A program made the position numbers and the translations under genes. Below are positions 15,147 through 24,047 of a stretch of DNA of 24,904 nt, one piece after another. The notes below the pieces were generated by a model. That model was not told where the DNA came from. It saw nothing but the letters and a program-made list of their open reading frames with translations, and did no database searches. Each line of letters begins with the position of its first letter. Position 1 is the stretch's first letter. Origin of the DNA: a candidate division WOR-3 bacterium (lineage in GTDB: Bacteria; Hydrothermota; Tepidihabitantia; SM23-42; CAYGYG01). The DNA lies in NCBI GenBank assembly GCA_965648915.1, contig CBFGIV010000031.1:1-24904 (forward strand), given 5' to 3'.

Positions 15147-17435
15147 CTATCTCGTTATGATCAGTTTCTGAATTTGAGTCTGCCCTTTGGTTTCAAAACG
15201 GATGAAGTAGACACCACCTGCCAGATCTATTGCTTGATAGATAATCCTTCCTTTGCCGAAAAACTTACCCTGCGCAATCGTTCCACTGTATCTTCCATCA
15301 ACATCGAAGATCTTGACTGCTATCTGCTCTTCAGCGGGTAGTGAGTAATCGATCACAATTCGGTCATTTACTGGATTCTGGATGAGTCTGAGATATCGGG
15401 CTGATGTTAAATCAGGTCTCTGCTCCTCAATACCTACTGTTGCAAAACTCTCGTAGGGCAGATGGCTCTTGGCCGTCACCGTGACTGACATCTGGCCAGC
15501 AGTGCGCGGATTGATGGATAATGTCACACTACCCGAGGCATCGGTCGAACCACAGGCATAGACTTCATCACCTTTCCAGAGACAGACCAGTGCCCGCTGG
15601 AGCGGATTACCGGCGGAGCGGACCGTTACCGTAAAGTTCTGAGGACCCCGACCAATCGAAGAGGGATGAGTAACGGTGAGGGTCAGCGGTGTCCGGCTCC
15701 AGATCGGAAGTTCTGGATCACCAAGTAGATTCAGTTCATAGTAGCACCAGCGATAGACCGGCTGATTGTAGGCACTGTTACGCAGTCCCTGTTTTGACAG
15801 GCAGTTGACCTTACCGACTTCAAAGTTAGTGGTATCGCTCTGGAAGAAGTTCGAATAGAAACGCATATCGAACAACTCGGATGGACCAGCCGGGCCACTT
15901 GAATAGCCCCAGCCATAACGGGCATTATAGATATCGGCAACTGCCCCGCCATTGGGTGCAAGAACAAAATTTTCCGAGAAGCAGTCGCTGACATCAAAGG
16001 CACCCGCATCGCAGGCAATAGAATTGGCAAACGTATATTTACCGGTATTGGTCAGGTTGTATACGCTGGAACTTGTAGCATAGGCACCGCCTGAATAGTA
16101 GACACCGCCTGTATTGCCATGGCCAACCATATGGCAGAGGCCGATCCCGGTCCTTAGAGTCTCGGTACAGACCGATTGCGAAATCTGTCCTTGGGTTTCA
16201 TAGGCTTTCCTTATTACCCAGGGCGGGACCGGTGGATAGCGGGCAATCATATTCTGGGTGCTATCACCAGGCCAGCCTGACCAGAGATTGCCCTGGGGCA
16301 GGAACATCCGGACCATATAGTTGGGATCAGGCCTTTTTTCATAAACAGTATCTTTGCGGATAAATGTAGCGAGTTCAGTTGCATTGTCAAAGCAGGCCCG
16401 GCCAATATAGACATCGTAATAGAGATCGGTTGTATCGCCGTTGAAAGGAAACTCACCGAAGATATTGTTTCGATTACCGTCATAAGACCACTGCAGGTCA
16501 GCATAATACAGATCGCAGGGTATATCCCCGGTATATCCACCATTGATAACCCGGCAGGGTCGGTAAGGCACCACACCGACATCACCGGCCAGAAGGACCC
16601 ACTTTGTCCCCTTATTCTGCCAGTAGTCGATGATCAGATTTCTTATCTTTTCCTGCTGATCCCGGCCCGGATAGCGATTGGCACTGTCGGTCGGCAGTAT
16701 TTTAGTATAGAACCCCTTTTTGGTCCGCCAGTTGGCAACAGGCTGGAGCGATGAGACATAACTGGCGCCGGTGATAATCAGGTAATCAGTACTGTCCCGG
16801 AAGAGAGGCTTGACCCCCGGGCTGAACCGCTCAATATCTTCAGGATTGATAACCAGATTTCTTACATCTCCACCGAAGAAATCGACCTGACCCTTACTGA
16901 GCGATATCATTCCATAACGGCCTTCTTCATATTCAATCCGGACCGTGATTTCGGTATAGAGCTGGAGATTTTTTGTGGCCGGAATATACTGGAGCGGATA
17001 GATTGATATACCCCCAATTCGAAAACCACTCATACAGCCGGTGGGCGTGAATGAAACAAGTCTGCCCGGATAGGGATTTTCGGAATGGTAAGTTTCATAA
17101 TCGGGCGGAACAAACTTCCCTTTTTCTTCAATAAATGATAAGGGGAGCGCGGGCTGGGCCGGGAAGATATTATATGTTCCAATCAAATCCCTCATCTTAA
17201 AATCGACCACCGAGACACGGGTAATTTCGGCAGTTGGTGGGAGCAGGACATTAAAGTTCAACTCGGGTAAAGCAGGTTTGCCGATTTCCGATGTATAGAG
17301 ATCATTACCGATAGATATCAAATCATAATCGCCGATTCTGAAAGCGGTGATTTCATATGGGGAGAAGGTGAAGGTGCGAGTCATCGATCCGGCATATATC
17401 AAAAACGGCATCATAAAGACTATGAGATACTTCAT
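15147..17435 (-). CDS. Gingipain-like C25-family cysteine peptidase with propeptide and C-terminal sorting domain (762 aa)
   Basis: Signal peptide; propeptide motif GKPALP...VLLP; YLIIT, WVLLAGD, DLYYADL, DVYIGR; catalytic His in GHG and Cys in IACDAG; LLGDPEL; CTD GVYFIRF...KLIITR. Start at ATG 17435 with AGGAGG SD. Confidence 0.92.
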   Translation of the reverse strand: MKYLIVFMMPFLIYAGSMTRTFTFSPYEITAFRIGDYDLISIGNDLYTSEIGKPALPELNFNVLLPPTAEITRVSVVDFKMRDLIGTYNIFPAQPALPLSFIEEKGKFVPPDYETYHSENPYPGRLVSFTPTGCMSGFRIGGISIYPLQYIPATKNLQLYTEITVRIEYEEGRYGMISLSKGQVDFFGGDVRNLVINPEDIERFSPGVKPLFRDSTDYLIITGASYVSSLQPVANWRTKKGFYTKILPTDSANRYPGRDQQEKIRNLIIDYWQNKGTKWVLLAGDVGVVPYRPCRVINGGYTGDIPCDLYYADLQWSYDGNRNNIFGEFPFNGDTTDLYYDVYIGRACFDNATELATFIRKDTVYEKRPDPNYMVRMFLPQGNLWSGWPGDSTQNMIARYPPVPPWVIRKAYETQGQISQSVCTETLRTGIGLCHMVGHGNTGGVYYSGGAYATSSSVYNLTNTGKYTFANSIACDAGAFDVSDCFSENFVLAPNGGAVADIYNARYGWGYSSGPAGPSELFDMRFYSNFFQSDTTNFEVGKVNCLSKQGLRNSAYNQPVYRWCYYELNLLGDPELPIWSRTPLTLTVTHPSSIGRGPQNFTVTVRSAGNPLQRALVCLWKGDEVYACGSTDASGSVTLSINPRTAGQMSVTVTAKSHLPYESFATVGIEEQRPDLTSARYLRLIQNPVNDRIVIDYSLPAEEQIAVKIFDVDGRYSGTIAQGKFFGKGRIIYQAIDLAGGVYFIRFETKGQTQIQKLIITR

Positions 17436-17478
17436 AAAACCTCCTGTAATTTTAATAAAACTAAGACTCAATAGTTTG

Positions 17479-17506
17479 ATTTTAAAGAGAAACAGTAAAA
17501 AGTCAA
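17479..17506 (-). promoter_or_regulatory. sigma70-like promoter of the C25 gene
   Basis: TTGACT (17506-17501), N16, TAAAAT (17484-17479). Confidence 0.68.
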
Positions 17507-17532
17507 GAGTTTTTTTCTATATTTACTCATCC

Positions 17533-17560
17533 TTGACTTTTCGCTAAATTGTTATAATAT
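17533..17560 (+). promoter_or_regulatory. sigma70-like promoter of the yidD-like operon
   Basis: TTGACT (17533-17538), then either TAATAT at N16 (17555-17560) or an extended TGnTATAAT (-10 at 17553-17558). Confidence 0.6.
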
Positions 17561-17569
17561 AGGTTATAT

Positions 17570-17971
17570 ATGGGTATAGTATCATACCTTATGCTGATAC
17601 TTTTGGTCGCACCCGGTTCTGAATTACAATTGAAGACTTCAAATCCTGTAAAGATTGTTGCGGTCTGGACATTAAAATTATATAAGCGATGTATCTCGCC
17701 AGGTCAGGGCGAACAGATCTGCAATTATTCACCCAGTTGTTCACAATTTACCAAAGAAGCGATTGAAAAATATGGACTATTCTGGGGAATCTTAATGGGT
17801 GGTGATCGCCTTCTCCGCTGTAATAGTTTTTCGCCCGGTTACGAAGGCAGGTTCTATTTTGGCCGCCAGGCTGGCCGGATCTATGATCCGGTGCGAGATC
17901 ACTATCTGTTAAAATATCACCACCATATTCTCGAAGCCGACTCAGGTGGTCTGGGCAGCGGTCCACCGTGA
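17570..17971 (+). CDS. YidD-like (haemolytic domain/membrane protein insertion efficiency factor family) protein with a hydrophobic N-terminal extension
   Basis: LYKRCISP...CNYSPSCSQFTKEAIEKYG...DRLLRCN...YDPV, matching the three-Cys YidD signature. Confidence 0.85.
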   Translation: MGIVSYLMLILLVAPGSELQLKTSNPVKIVAVWTLKLYKRCISPGQGEQICNYSPSCSQFTKEAIEKYGLFWGILMGGDRLLRCNSFSPGYEGRFYFGRQAGRIYDPVRDHYLLKYHHHILEADSGGLGSGPP

Positions 17972-17981
17972 AAGTCTCAGT

Positions 17982-18716
17982 ATGATCTTCTTTATTCTAT
18001 TTTTTACAGCCGACTTGGAGTTGGTGAATAATCCTGAATCAATTCTCAGGTTCGCTGATTATCTCTTTGAAGAAGGCGAATATGAACAGGCAATTGGTGA
18101 ATATCGACGCTACCTCTTTGCCTCAGGCCTGGAGGTAGATTCAGTGCGGATGAGGATGGTTAAAGGTTGGATCAAACTCGGTAAATATCACCTCGCCCGC
18201 CTCGAAGCCTTCCGGATCCAAAATGAAGATTTGCGAAATTTTCTAACGGGCAAGAGTCTCTATTATTGTAATCGACTTGACTCGGCACGCACTTATCTTG
18301 GGAAGGTTAGCGACACGACTTATCGCGATCAAGCCAGAGCGTTTCTCGGTTTGGCCTGGGCTAAGGGATTCAATTTTTCTGAAGCAGGCAAATACATTCT
18401 CCTGCCCGAATATAAGATTGGTTATCGAAATCCAGTCCTGAGTGGATTATTTTCAATTATCCCTGGTTTAGGACAGGCCTATTCAGGACGATGGGGCGAT
18501 GGGCTTTATGCAATTTCCACGATCCTGATTGGTTCGATTGCAACTTATTATTATTATAAACACGATGAGGATCTGAAATTCTCAATTGCCCTCGGGGTCA
18601 CCTCAGTCTTTTATGTTGCCAATATCTACTCAGCAATAGTTGCGGCCAAGAATTACAACCTGAGTGAACGATATTTCTATTTTAAAGAAATCGAAAGGCA
18701 GATAGTTAGCGAATGA
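17982..18716 (+). CDS. TPR-containing membrane protein (DUF5683/TM2-like C-terminal membrane region)
   Basis: Short hydrophobic N-terminus; TPR FADYLFEEGEYEQAIGEYRRY; SGLFSIIPGLGQAYSG followed by two TM helices. Start uncertain (17982 preferred over 17946). Confidence 0.75.
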   Translation: MIFFILFFTADLELVNNPESILRFADYLFEEGEYEQAIGEYRRYLFASGLEVDSVRMRMVKGWIKLGKYHLARLEAFRIQNEDLRNFLTGKSLYYCNRLDSARTYLGKVSDTTYRDQARAFLGLAWAKGFNFSEAGKYILLPEYKIGYRNPVLSGLFSIIPGLGQAYSGRWGDGLYAISTILIGSIATYYYYKHDEDLKFSIALGVTSVFYVANIYSAIVAAKNYNLSERYFYFKEIERQIVSE

Positions 18717-19498
18717 CAATTATTATCCTGTTAATAGGCCAATTGACACTCGCCGATCGATTATATCAGGCCGGTTATTATAAGGAGGCGGAACTGGAGT
18801 ATCAGCGAGTCCTCTTTTTTACCTCTTCAATAGAAGAGAAGAAAACCGCTCTTAAAAGACTTGTCTTTTGTTACTTTTATAATGGTAAGAATGACCGGGC
18901 AATTTCAACGTTAAAAGAGTTGATTATAACTGATACCCTGAATCGGTTTCACTATACAGTGGCACTCGTAAAAATTTATATCCGTAGTCAGTATTATTCC
19001 CTGGCCCGTCTTGAAATTAAAGGTCTCTTATCTCAGGCACCGAATGAATCTCTGCGCAGTCAGGCTCAGAGATTGTCCGGCATAAATAATGTTTTAAGAG
19101 ATGATTATATACACGCCCGGGCGGATTTTGTAGCAGTTGGCGACAGTGTTATGGTCAATAAAGTCGACCAATACTTCAGACGACCACAAAAGAGTCGATT
19201 TAAGGCGCAGATCTTATCCAGTCTCTTTCCTGGGCTGGGGGACTTTTATGCAGGGAATTATCGGTTAGGCATAATCGATTTCAGTTTAAATTTCGGCTCG
19301 GGTTTTTTGCTTTATAATGCAATTAAGAAAAGGAAGATGTTTGATGCGGCGTTGGTCTTTTCTTTTCTGACCGTCCGTTTCTACAACGGTGCAAGAAATA
19401 ACGCCGCAAGTTCAACCCGGGCCTTTAATGAACGTAAAAAGTTTGAATACTTAAGAGACCTCGAGATTATTTTCAGTAAAGACCTTGCTCTTGAATAG
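18713..19498 (+). CDS. TPR-containing membrane protein, paralogous in architecture to the upstream gene
   Basis: LADRLYQAGYYKEAELEYQR TPR; LSSLFPGLGDFYAG motif; ATGA overlap with the upstream stop. Confidence 0.75.
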   Translation: MTIIILLIGQLTLADRLYQAGYYKEAELEYQRVLFFTSSIEEKKTALKRLVFCYFYNGKNDRAISTLKELIITDTLNRFHYTVALVKIYIRSQYYSLARLEIKGLLSQAPNESLRSQAQRLSGINNVLRDDYIHARADFVAVGDSVMVNKVDQYFRRPQKSRFKAQILSSLFPGLGDFYAGNYRLGIIDFSLNFGSGFLLYNAIKKRKMFDAALVFSFLTVRFYNGARNNAASSTRAFNERKKFEYLRDLEIIFSKDLALE

Positions 19499-19571
19499 TT
19501 AAAGTCAAATACCTTGTTTCTTTATTCATAAAAGATTTAGGCCTAAATTCGATGGCGATCTACAATCAATA

Positions 19572-19599
19572 TTGATTTTTAAAGATGATGATGTATACT
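19572..19599 (+). promoter_or_regulatory. sigma70-like promoter of the GT-C gene (probably leaderless)
   Basis: TTGATT (19572-19577), N16, TATACT (19594-19599); ATG 19606 follows after 6 nt. Confidence 0.62.
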
Positions 19600-19605
19600 T
19601 CTCCA

Positions 19606-21999
19606 ATGGCTTTAAAAAGAGAGCCCACTCAAAAAAATATGGTGGGAAGAGGCATGCTGGCCTGGGTTGTTATAATTGTCTGCTTTTTGGGGAGTTTTTT
19701 ATTAAAACACGAGGGTTTTAATAAGTTTAATTCTCAGGCCGATACTGGTCAATTTTATTTTACCACTGAAAATGCGGTACAATTTTACTTTGCCCGAAGT
19801 CTCGCAACAACCGGAAAGATCGAAGGGTTTCAACCCCGTCTCCAGTATCCCGAGGGTTTTAATGTTAATGATAATATACTCCTGTTAATGGAGAAGGTCA
19901 CGGCCTTTGTTTATCGTCTCTTTTCCTTGAATCTGCCTTTTCACCGCTACATCTTTATCTTTGTCTCTCTCTATAGTTCTCTCACCATCATTGCAATCTT
20001 CTTGATTGTCCGGTCGGTGAATCAAAACTTAACCGGTGCATTGTCCGCCGCAGTGGTCTTTAGTTTTTCGCTCGGTGCCTGGGCGCGCACGATTGGCAGT
20101 TTTGCCCGTGAGGATTTCACAATCCCCCTGCTGACATTTTTACTTTTGAATCTGATTCTGGTACTAAAAGGTAAGAAGATAATTTTTACCATTGGACTTT
20201 TATTTATTTCTGTTTACCTATCGATGATTTCGTGGCATCTATCGGGATTCTTCATCTTTTTAGTTTTGATGATTATTTTTATCATCTTGGTCTATTTTAA
20301 CGAAATCGATAAGCTGAAGAGTATCTTTCTGAGTGCAGGTAGCGCCTGCCTTCTGGCCGGGCTTACTGCCCAGCCTTTACGAAGTAAAGGATTTCTTTTC
20401 AGTCCGCTGGCCTTATTCATCATCATCGTTATCTTTTCACTTATTTTTAAAAGATGGTGGTGGCGTTCCCGAATTATCGGTCTTGGTTTAGTATTTGGCC
20501 TGTGGGGTCTGTCAGTGCTGGCTGAAAATTTCTTACTACCCGCTCATCTGCGCGAATATGGCCATGTCTATAATCTGATGCTGGCCAAGTTTAGATATTT
20601 GAGCATCAAACCAGAGAATCCCCTGCAGTTGAACGATGCAGCGCGTTCTTTCTGGGTTGGCCCTTATGATAGTCCATCTCTACCCGTTATTGTCGATTAT
20701 CTCCTTTTACCCTTACTTCTTGGTATTCCATCGAGTATCTTTCTTTTTGTTTTTAAGAAAGATCGGGTATCACTATTCTTAATTATCCTCACTATCGGCT
20801 GGGTAATTATGGCTTTATTAATGGCCCGTTTCATCGTTTTTGGTGTCCTGTTTCTTTATCTAATCTTTGGAATTGGGGTTGGAGAGATATTTAATACATC
20901 CCGCAATAGGCTGGTGCGACCATTTTTCTTATTAATTACGGCGGTAGTAGGTATTGGTGGGGCTATGAGACTGTCCCAGACTCCGATCCGGGATGAATTT
21001 ATGGATGAAGAGATCTATCAGGTCTTAAAGTATCTGGCTGATCTGCCCGATCCCGGGGCACCGGTCTTAACGACTTTTGGCTGGAGTGGTTCGATAATTG
21101 CCTATACTGATAAAGCCAGTATCCTCCATCCGATGTTTGAAAATGAATCGATCAGAAGAAAGAATTTAGAGATTATGAAAAGTTTTTACGCTACAGCCGA
21201 AGAATTGCGGAAGAAAGTTGACGCTTATGGGATTCGCTATATCTGGTATCTGCAGAATGAAATGCTCTTCATTACCGGTAAGAGTTCGCATCGTTATATG
21301 GCCGGAATTACAGAGATAACAAAACGGTCACCCGCCTACCTGATGAGTTTTCGCCCCGAGTCACTACCCTACCTTGAGATTGTCTATCAGACCAGCCAGC
21401 ATCGTATCTTTAAGGTTGTCGATCCTGACCACGCCAGAGTGAAGAGATACACCGGATATTCTTTCTTTTTTGATGAAGAGAATTTTGCGTCCCCGGATAC
21501 GATTGTTGATGAAGATTTGATCAGAAGAAAGAAACACCTGATATACGAATCTTATAAGATTACCAGGAAGGCTTTGGAACTCAAGAACCATCTTCAAACT
21601 GCAGCGGTCGAGAGGCTCTTAAAAGATGGGTTGAGATTATTCCCCCGGAATATAATGGCCCTTAACAATCTGGGCTCGCTTTATCACAATCAGGGTCGTT
21701 ACGAAGATGCACTTCCTTACTTCCAGGCCGCTGCTGCGATTGATCCCAACTCACCGGAAGTTCTCTTCAATCTTGGGCTGGTCTATATTGCACTGAACCA
21801 GATTGATAAAGGAATTGAATATTTAGCAAAAGTCTGTCAACTGGCCCCGGAAATCGAAGAGGCAAGAATCTATCTTGCAGAATGTCTGATTAAAGCAGGA
21901 CGAAATCAGGAAGCAATTCGGACTCTGAAAGAACTGTTGGAAATCAATCCGGATAATTCAAAGGCTCAAGAGATCCTTAAGAAGATCAATAAAAAATAG
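19606..21999 (+). CDS. GT-C fold membrane glycosyltransferase, DPY19 (Trp C-mannosyltransferase)-like, fused to C-terminal TPR repeats (797 aa)
   Basis: About a dozen TM segments, a soluble domain and 4-5 TPRs (ALNNLGSLY..., VLFNLGLVY..., ARIYLAECL...). Motifs FTTE, YPEG, REDF.IP, MISWHLS.F, HVYNLMLAKF, MARF, HPMFENESIR follow the DPY19 order; no WWDxG. Confidence 0.75.
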   Translation: MALKREPTQKNMVGRGMLAWVVIIVCFLGSFLLKHEGFNKFNSQADTGQFYFTTENAVQFYFARSLATTGKIEGFQPRLQYPEGFNVNDNILLLMEKVTAFVYRLFSLNLPFHRYIFIFVSLYSSLTIIAIFLIVRSVNQNLTGALSAAVVFSFSLGAWARTIGSFAREDFTIPLLTFLLLNLILVLKGKKIIFTIGLLFISVYLSMISWHLSGFFIFLVLMIIFIILVYFNEIDKLKSIFLSAGSACLLAGLTAQPLRSKGFLFSPLALFIIIVIFSLIFKRWWWRSRIIGLGLVFGLWGLSVLAENFLLPAHLREYGHVYNLMLAKFRYLSIKPENPLQLNDAARSFWVGPYDSPSLPVIVDYLLLPLLLGIPSSIFLFVFKKDRVSLFLIILTIGWVIMALLMARFIVFGVLFLYLIFGIGVGEIFNTSRNRLVRPFFLLITAVVGIGGAMRLSQTPIRDEFMDEEIYQVLKYLADLPDPGAPVLTTFGWSGSIIAYTDKASILHPMFENESIRRKNLEIMKSFYATAEELRKKVDAYGIRYIWYLQNEMLFITGKSSHRYMAGITEITKRSPAYLMSFRPESLPYLEIVYQTSQHRIFKVVDPDHARVKRYTGYSFFFDEENFASPDTIVDEDLIRRKKHLIYESYKITRKALELKNHLQTAAVERLLKDGLRLFPRNIMALNNLGSLYHNQGRYEDALPYFQAAAAIDPNSPEVLFNLGLVYIALNQIDKGIEYLAKVCQLAPEIEEARIYLAECLIKAGRNQEAIRTLKELLEINPDNSKAQEILKKINKK

Positions 22000-22005
22000 T
22001 ATTCG

Positions 22006-23238
22006 CTATTTTAATTTTTTGGTGTTATCTTCTTTCTTCTTATAATACTTTTTCCCCTTCAGACCCTCGGGCAGATACTCCTGTTCAACCTTTGCGTCCG
22101 GGTAGTCGTGCGGATATTTATAACCTTTGCCATAGCCCCATTCCTTCATCAGGCGGGTTGGAGCATTGCGGAGATGGAGAGGAACGGGTTCGGCATAGGT
22201 CTGAAGCGCATCCTTTTTTGCCTCTTCATAGGCAGTATAGGTCTCATCTGATTTTGGGGCTAAGGCGAGATATATTGCCAGTTCGGCCAGGGCAAGATCG
22301 CCTTCAGGCCGGCCGATGAAATCAATTGCATCCCGGGCAGCAACTGCCAGGACCAGGGCAAAGGGATCGCGATTGCCGATGTCTTCGGTTGCAAATCTCA
22401 CCATACGCCGGGCAATGTATAATGGGTCTTCACCTGCCTCGAGCATTCTTGCCAGCCAGTAGAGCGCAGCATCAACATCACCACCCCGCAGGGATTTATG
22501 GAGAGCAGAAATGAGATTGTAATGTTCTTCGCCAGCGCGGTCATAACGCAGGGCTTTCCGCTGGACAATATCTTCAACCAATTTAAGATCGATCGAGCTT
22601 GCATTCGCGGTCTGACTCGCCAGTTCGAGGATATTCAGGGCAACCCGGGCATCGCCATCAGAGACCGTTATGATAAAGTCAAGTGCCTGGGGTTCGATTT
22701 TGATATTAAGCTGTCCTAAACCATCAGGATGATTTAGCGCCCGGTTAATAATCTCTCTGATAATTTCTGGAGCCAGAGGTTGAAGCAGATAGACCTTGGC
22801 CCGGGAGAGGAGGCTCGAATTTATCTCAAAAGATGGATTTTCAGTTGTGGCACCGATTAATATTATCGTCCCCTTTTCCACATAGGGTAAGAAGATATCC
22901 TGCTGGGCACGATTGAAGCGGTGAATTTCATCAATAAAGATTATTGTCTCCTGTCCGAACATTCGTTTCTTATCTGATGCCTGGTCGATTATCTTCTTTA
23001 TCTCATTGATGCTTGATGATGCAGCGGAGAAGGGAAAAAACTCGGCTTTCACTGTCTGGGCAATAAGGCGCGCAAGGGTAGTTTTGCCACAACCGGGTGG
23101 ACCAAAGAATATCATTGAGTGGATCCGACCCTGCTCAATTGCCTTACGCAGGGGTCGACCCGGTCCAATCAGATGCTCCTGGCCTAACAACTCCTCCAGA
23201 CTTTTTGGCCGCAAACGGTCAGCGAGGGGACTTTTCAA
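22006..23238 (-). CDS. rarA: Replication-associated recombination protein A (MgsA/RarA AAA+ ATPase)
   Basis: PLADRLRP, GPPGCGKTT, FIDEIHRFN, IGATTENPSF, ISALHKSLRG, EDIG, VPLHLRNAPT; TTG start. Confidence 0.97.
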   Translation of the reverse strand: MKSPLADRLRPKSLEELLGQEHLIGPGRPLRKAIEQGRIHSMIFFGPPGCGKTTLARLIAQTVKAEFFPFSAASSSINEIKKIIDQASDKKRMFGQETIIFIDEIHRFNRAQQDIFLPYVEKGTIILIGATTENPSFEINSSLLSRAKVYLLQPLAPEIIREIINRALNHPDGLGQLNIKIEPQALDFIITVSDGDARVALNILELASQTANASSIDLKLVEDIVQRKALRYDRAGEEHYNLISALHKSLRGGDVDAALYWLARMLEAGEDPLYIARRMVRFATEDIGNRDPFALVLAVAARDAIDFIGRPEGDLALAELAIYLALAPKSDETYTAYEEAKKDALQTYAEPVPLHLRNAPTRLMKEWGYGKGYKYPHDYPDAKVEQEYLPEGLKGKKYYKKKEDNTKKLK

Positions 23239-23240
23239 TT

Positions 23241-24047
23241 TCAGTATCCTCTTAATTTGAGAAATAGATAGAAGAAGGGTATGGTAAAGAGGAGACTGTC
23301 GATTCGGTCGAGCATACCACCATGCCCGGGGAATAGTTGAGAGGTGTCTTTGAGGCCGACTTCCCGTTTAAAGGCGGATTCAAATAGGTCGCCAAGAGTG
23401 GCCAGGATGCCGATACCGGTGGTTATCATTATACTATCAAAGAGACTAAAATTGGTCTTAAACCATTGATTGAGAAGCAGAAGAGATGGCAGGCTGATTA
23501 CTATTCCTCCGATCAGACCTTCGTATGTCTTTTTGGGGCTAACATCAGGGGAGAGTCGCAACCGGCCGATACCACTGCCAACTAAATATGCCCCGGTGTC
23601 AAATATCCAGGTGATGACAATGGGGAAGAGTGCAAAATTTACACCCGATTTGCGTAACAGGATCAGAGTTGAAGGGAGCAGGGAGAGGTAGATGATGATG
23701 AAAGTGGTGGTAGAGATCCTTTCAAGAAAAGATTTCTGACCAAAACGGAGAAGACTGAGGAGGATGATATAGATGAAGAGCAAAGACGAGAGGTATTGGA
23801 GCGGAATTGAAAGATAGATGCCAACGGGCAGGAGATTGGCGGGTAAGAATATACAGGCCGGATAGGGAAAGATGTTCTTCCGATGGCAGAAACGGAGAAA
23901 TTCGATCAGACAGAGATTAATGACCACCAAGATAAGAATCAGGGTAAAGAACTTACCGAGGAATAAGGCGATCAGGACGATCGGTATCAGGATGGAGGCC
24001 GTGGACAACCGGATTATGAAAGAGCGAACTTTATTCGACCCGGCCAA
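23241..24047 (-). CDS. cdsA: Phosphatidate cytidylyltransferase
   Basis: Multi-TM protein; DTGAYLVG, SPKKTYEG, GDLFESAFKREVGLKDTSQLFPGHGGMLDRIDS; directly downstream of uppS. Confidence 0.96.
   Translation of the reverse strand: MAGSNKVRSFIIRLSTASILIPIVLIALFLGKFFTLILILVVINLCLIEFLRFCHRKNIFPYPACIFLPANLLPVGIYLSIPLQYLSSLLFIYIILLSLLRFGQKSFLERISTTTFIIIYLSLLPSTLILLRKSGVNFALFPIVITWIFDTGAYLVGSGIGRLRLSPDVSPKKTYEGLIGGIVISLPSLLLLNQWFKTNFSLFDSIMITTGIGILATLGDLFESAFKREVGLKDTSQLFPGHGGMLDRIDSLLFTIPFFYLFLKLRGY

Noticed and set aside
19606..21999. PglB/AglB N-oligosaccharyltransferase call
   Set aside because: WWDxG is absent and the motif order fits DPY19 better; not fully excluded without an HMM search.
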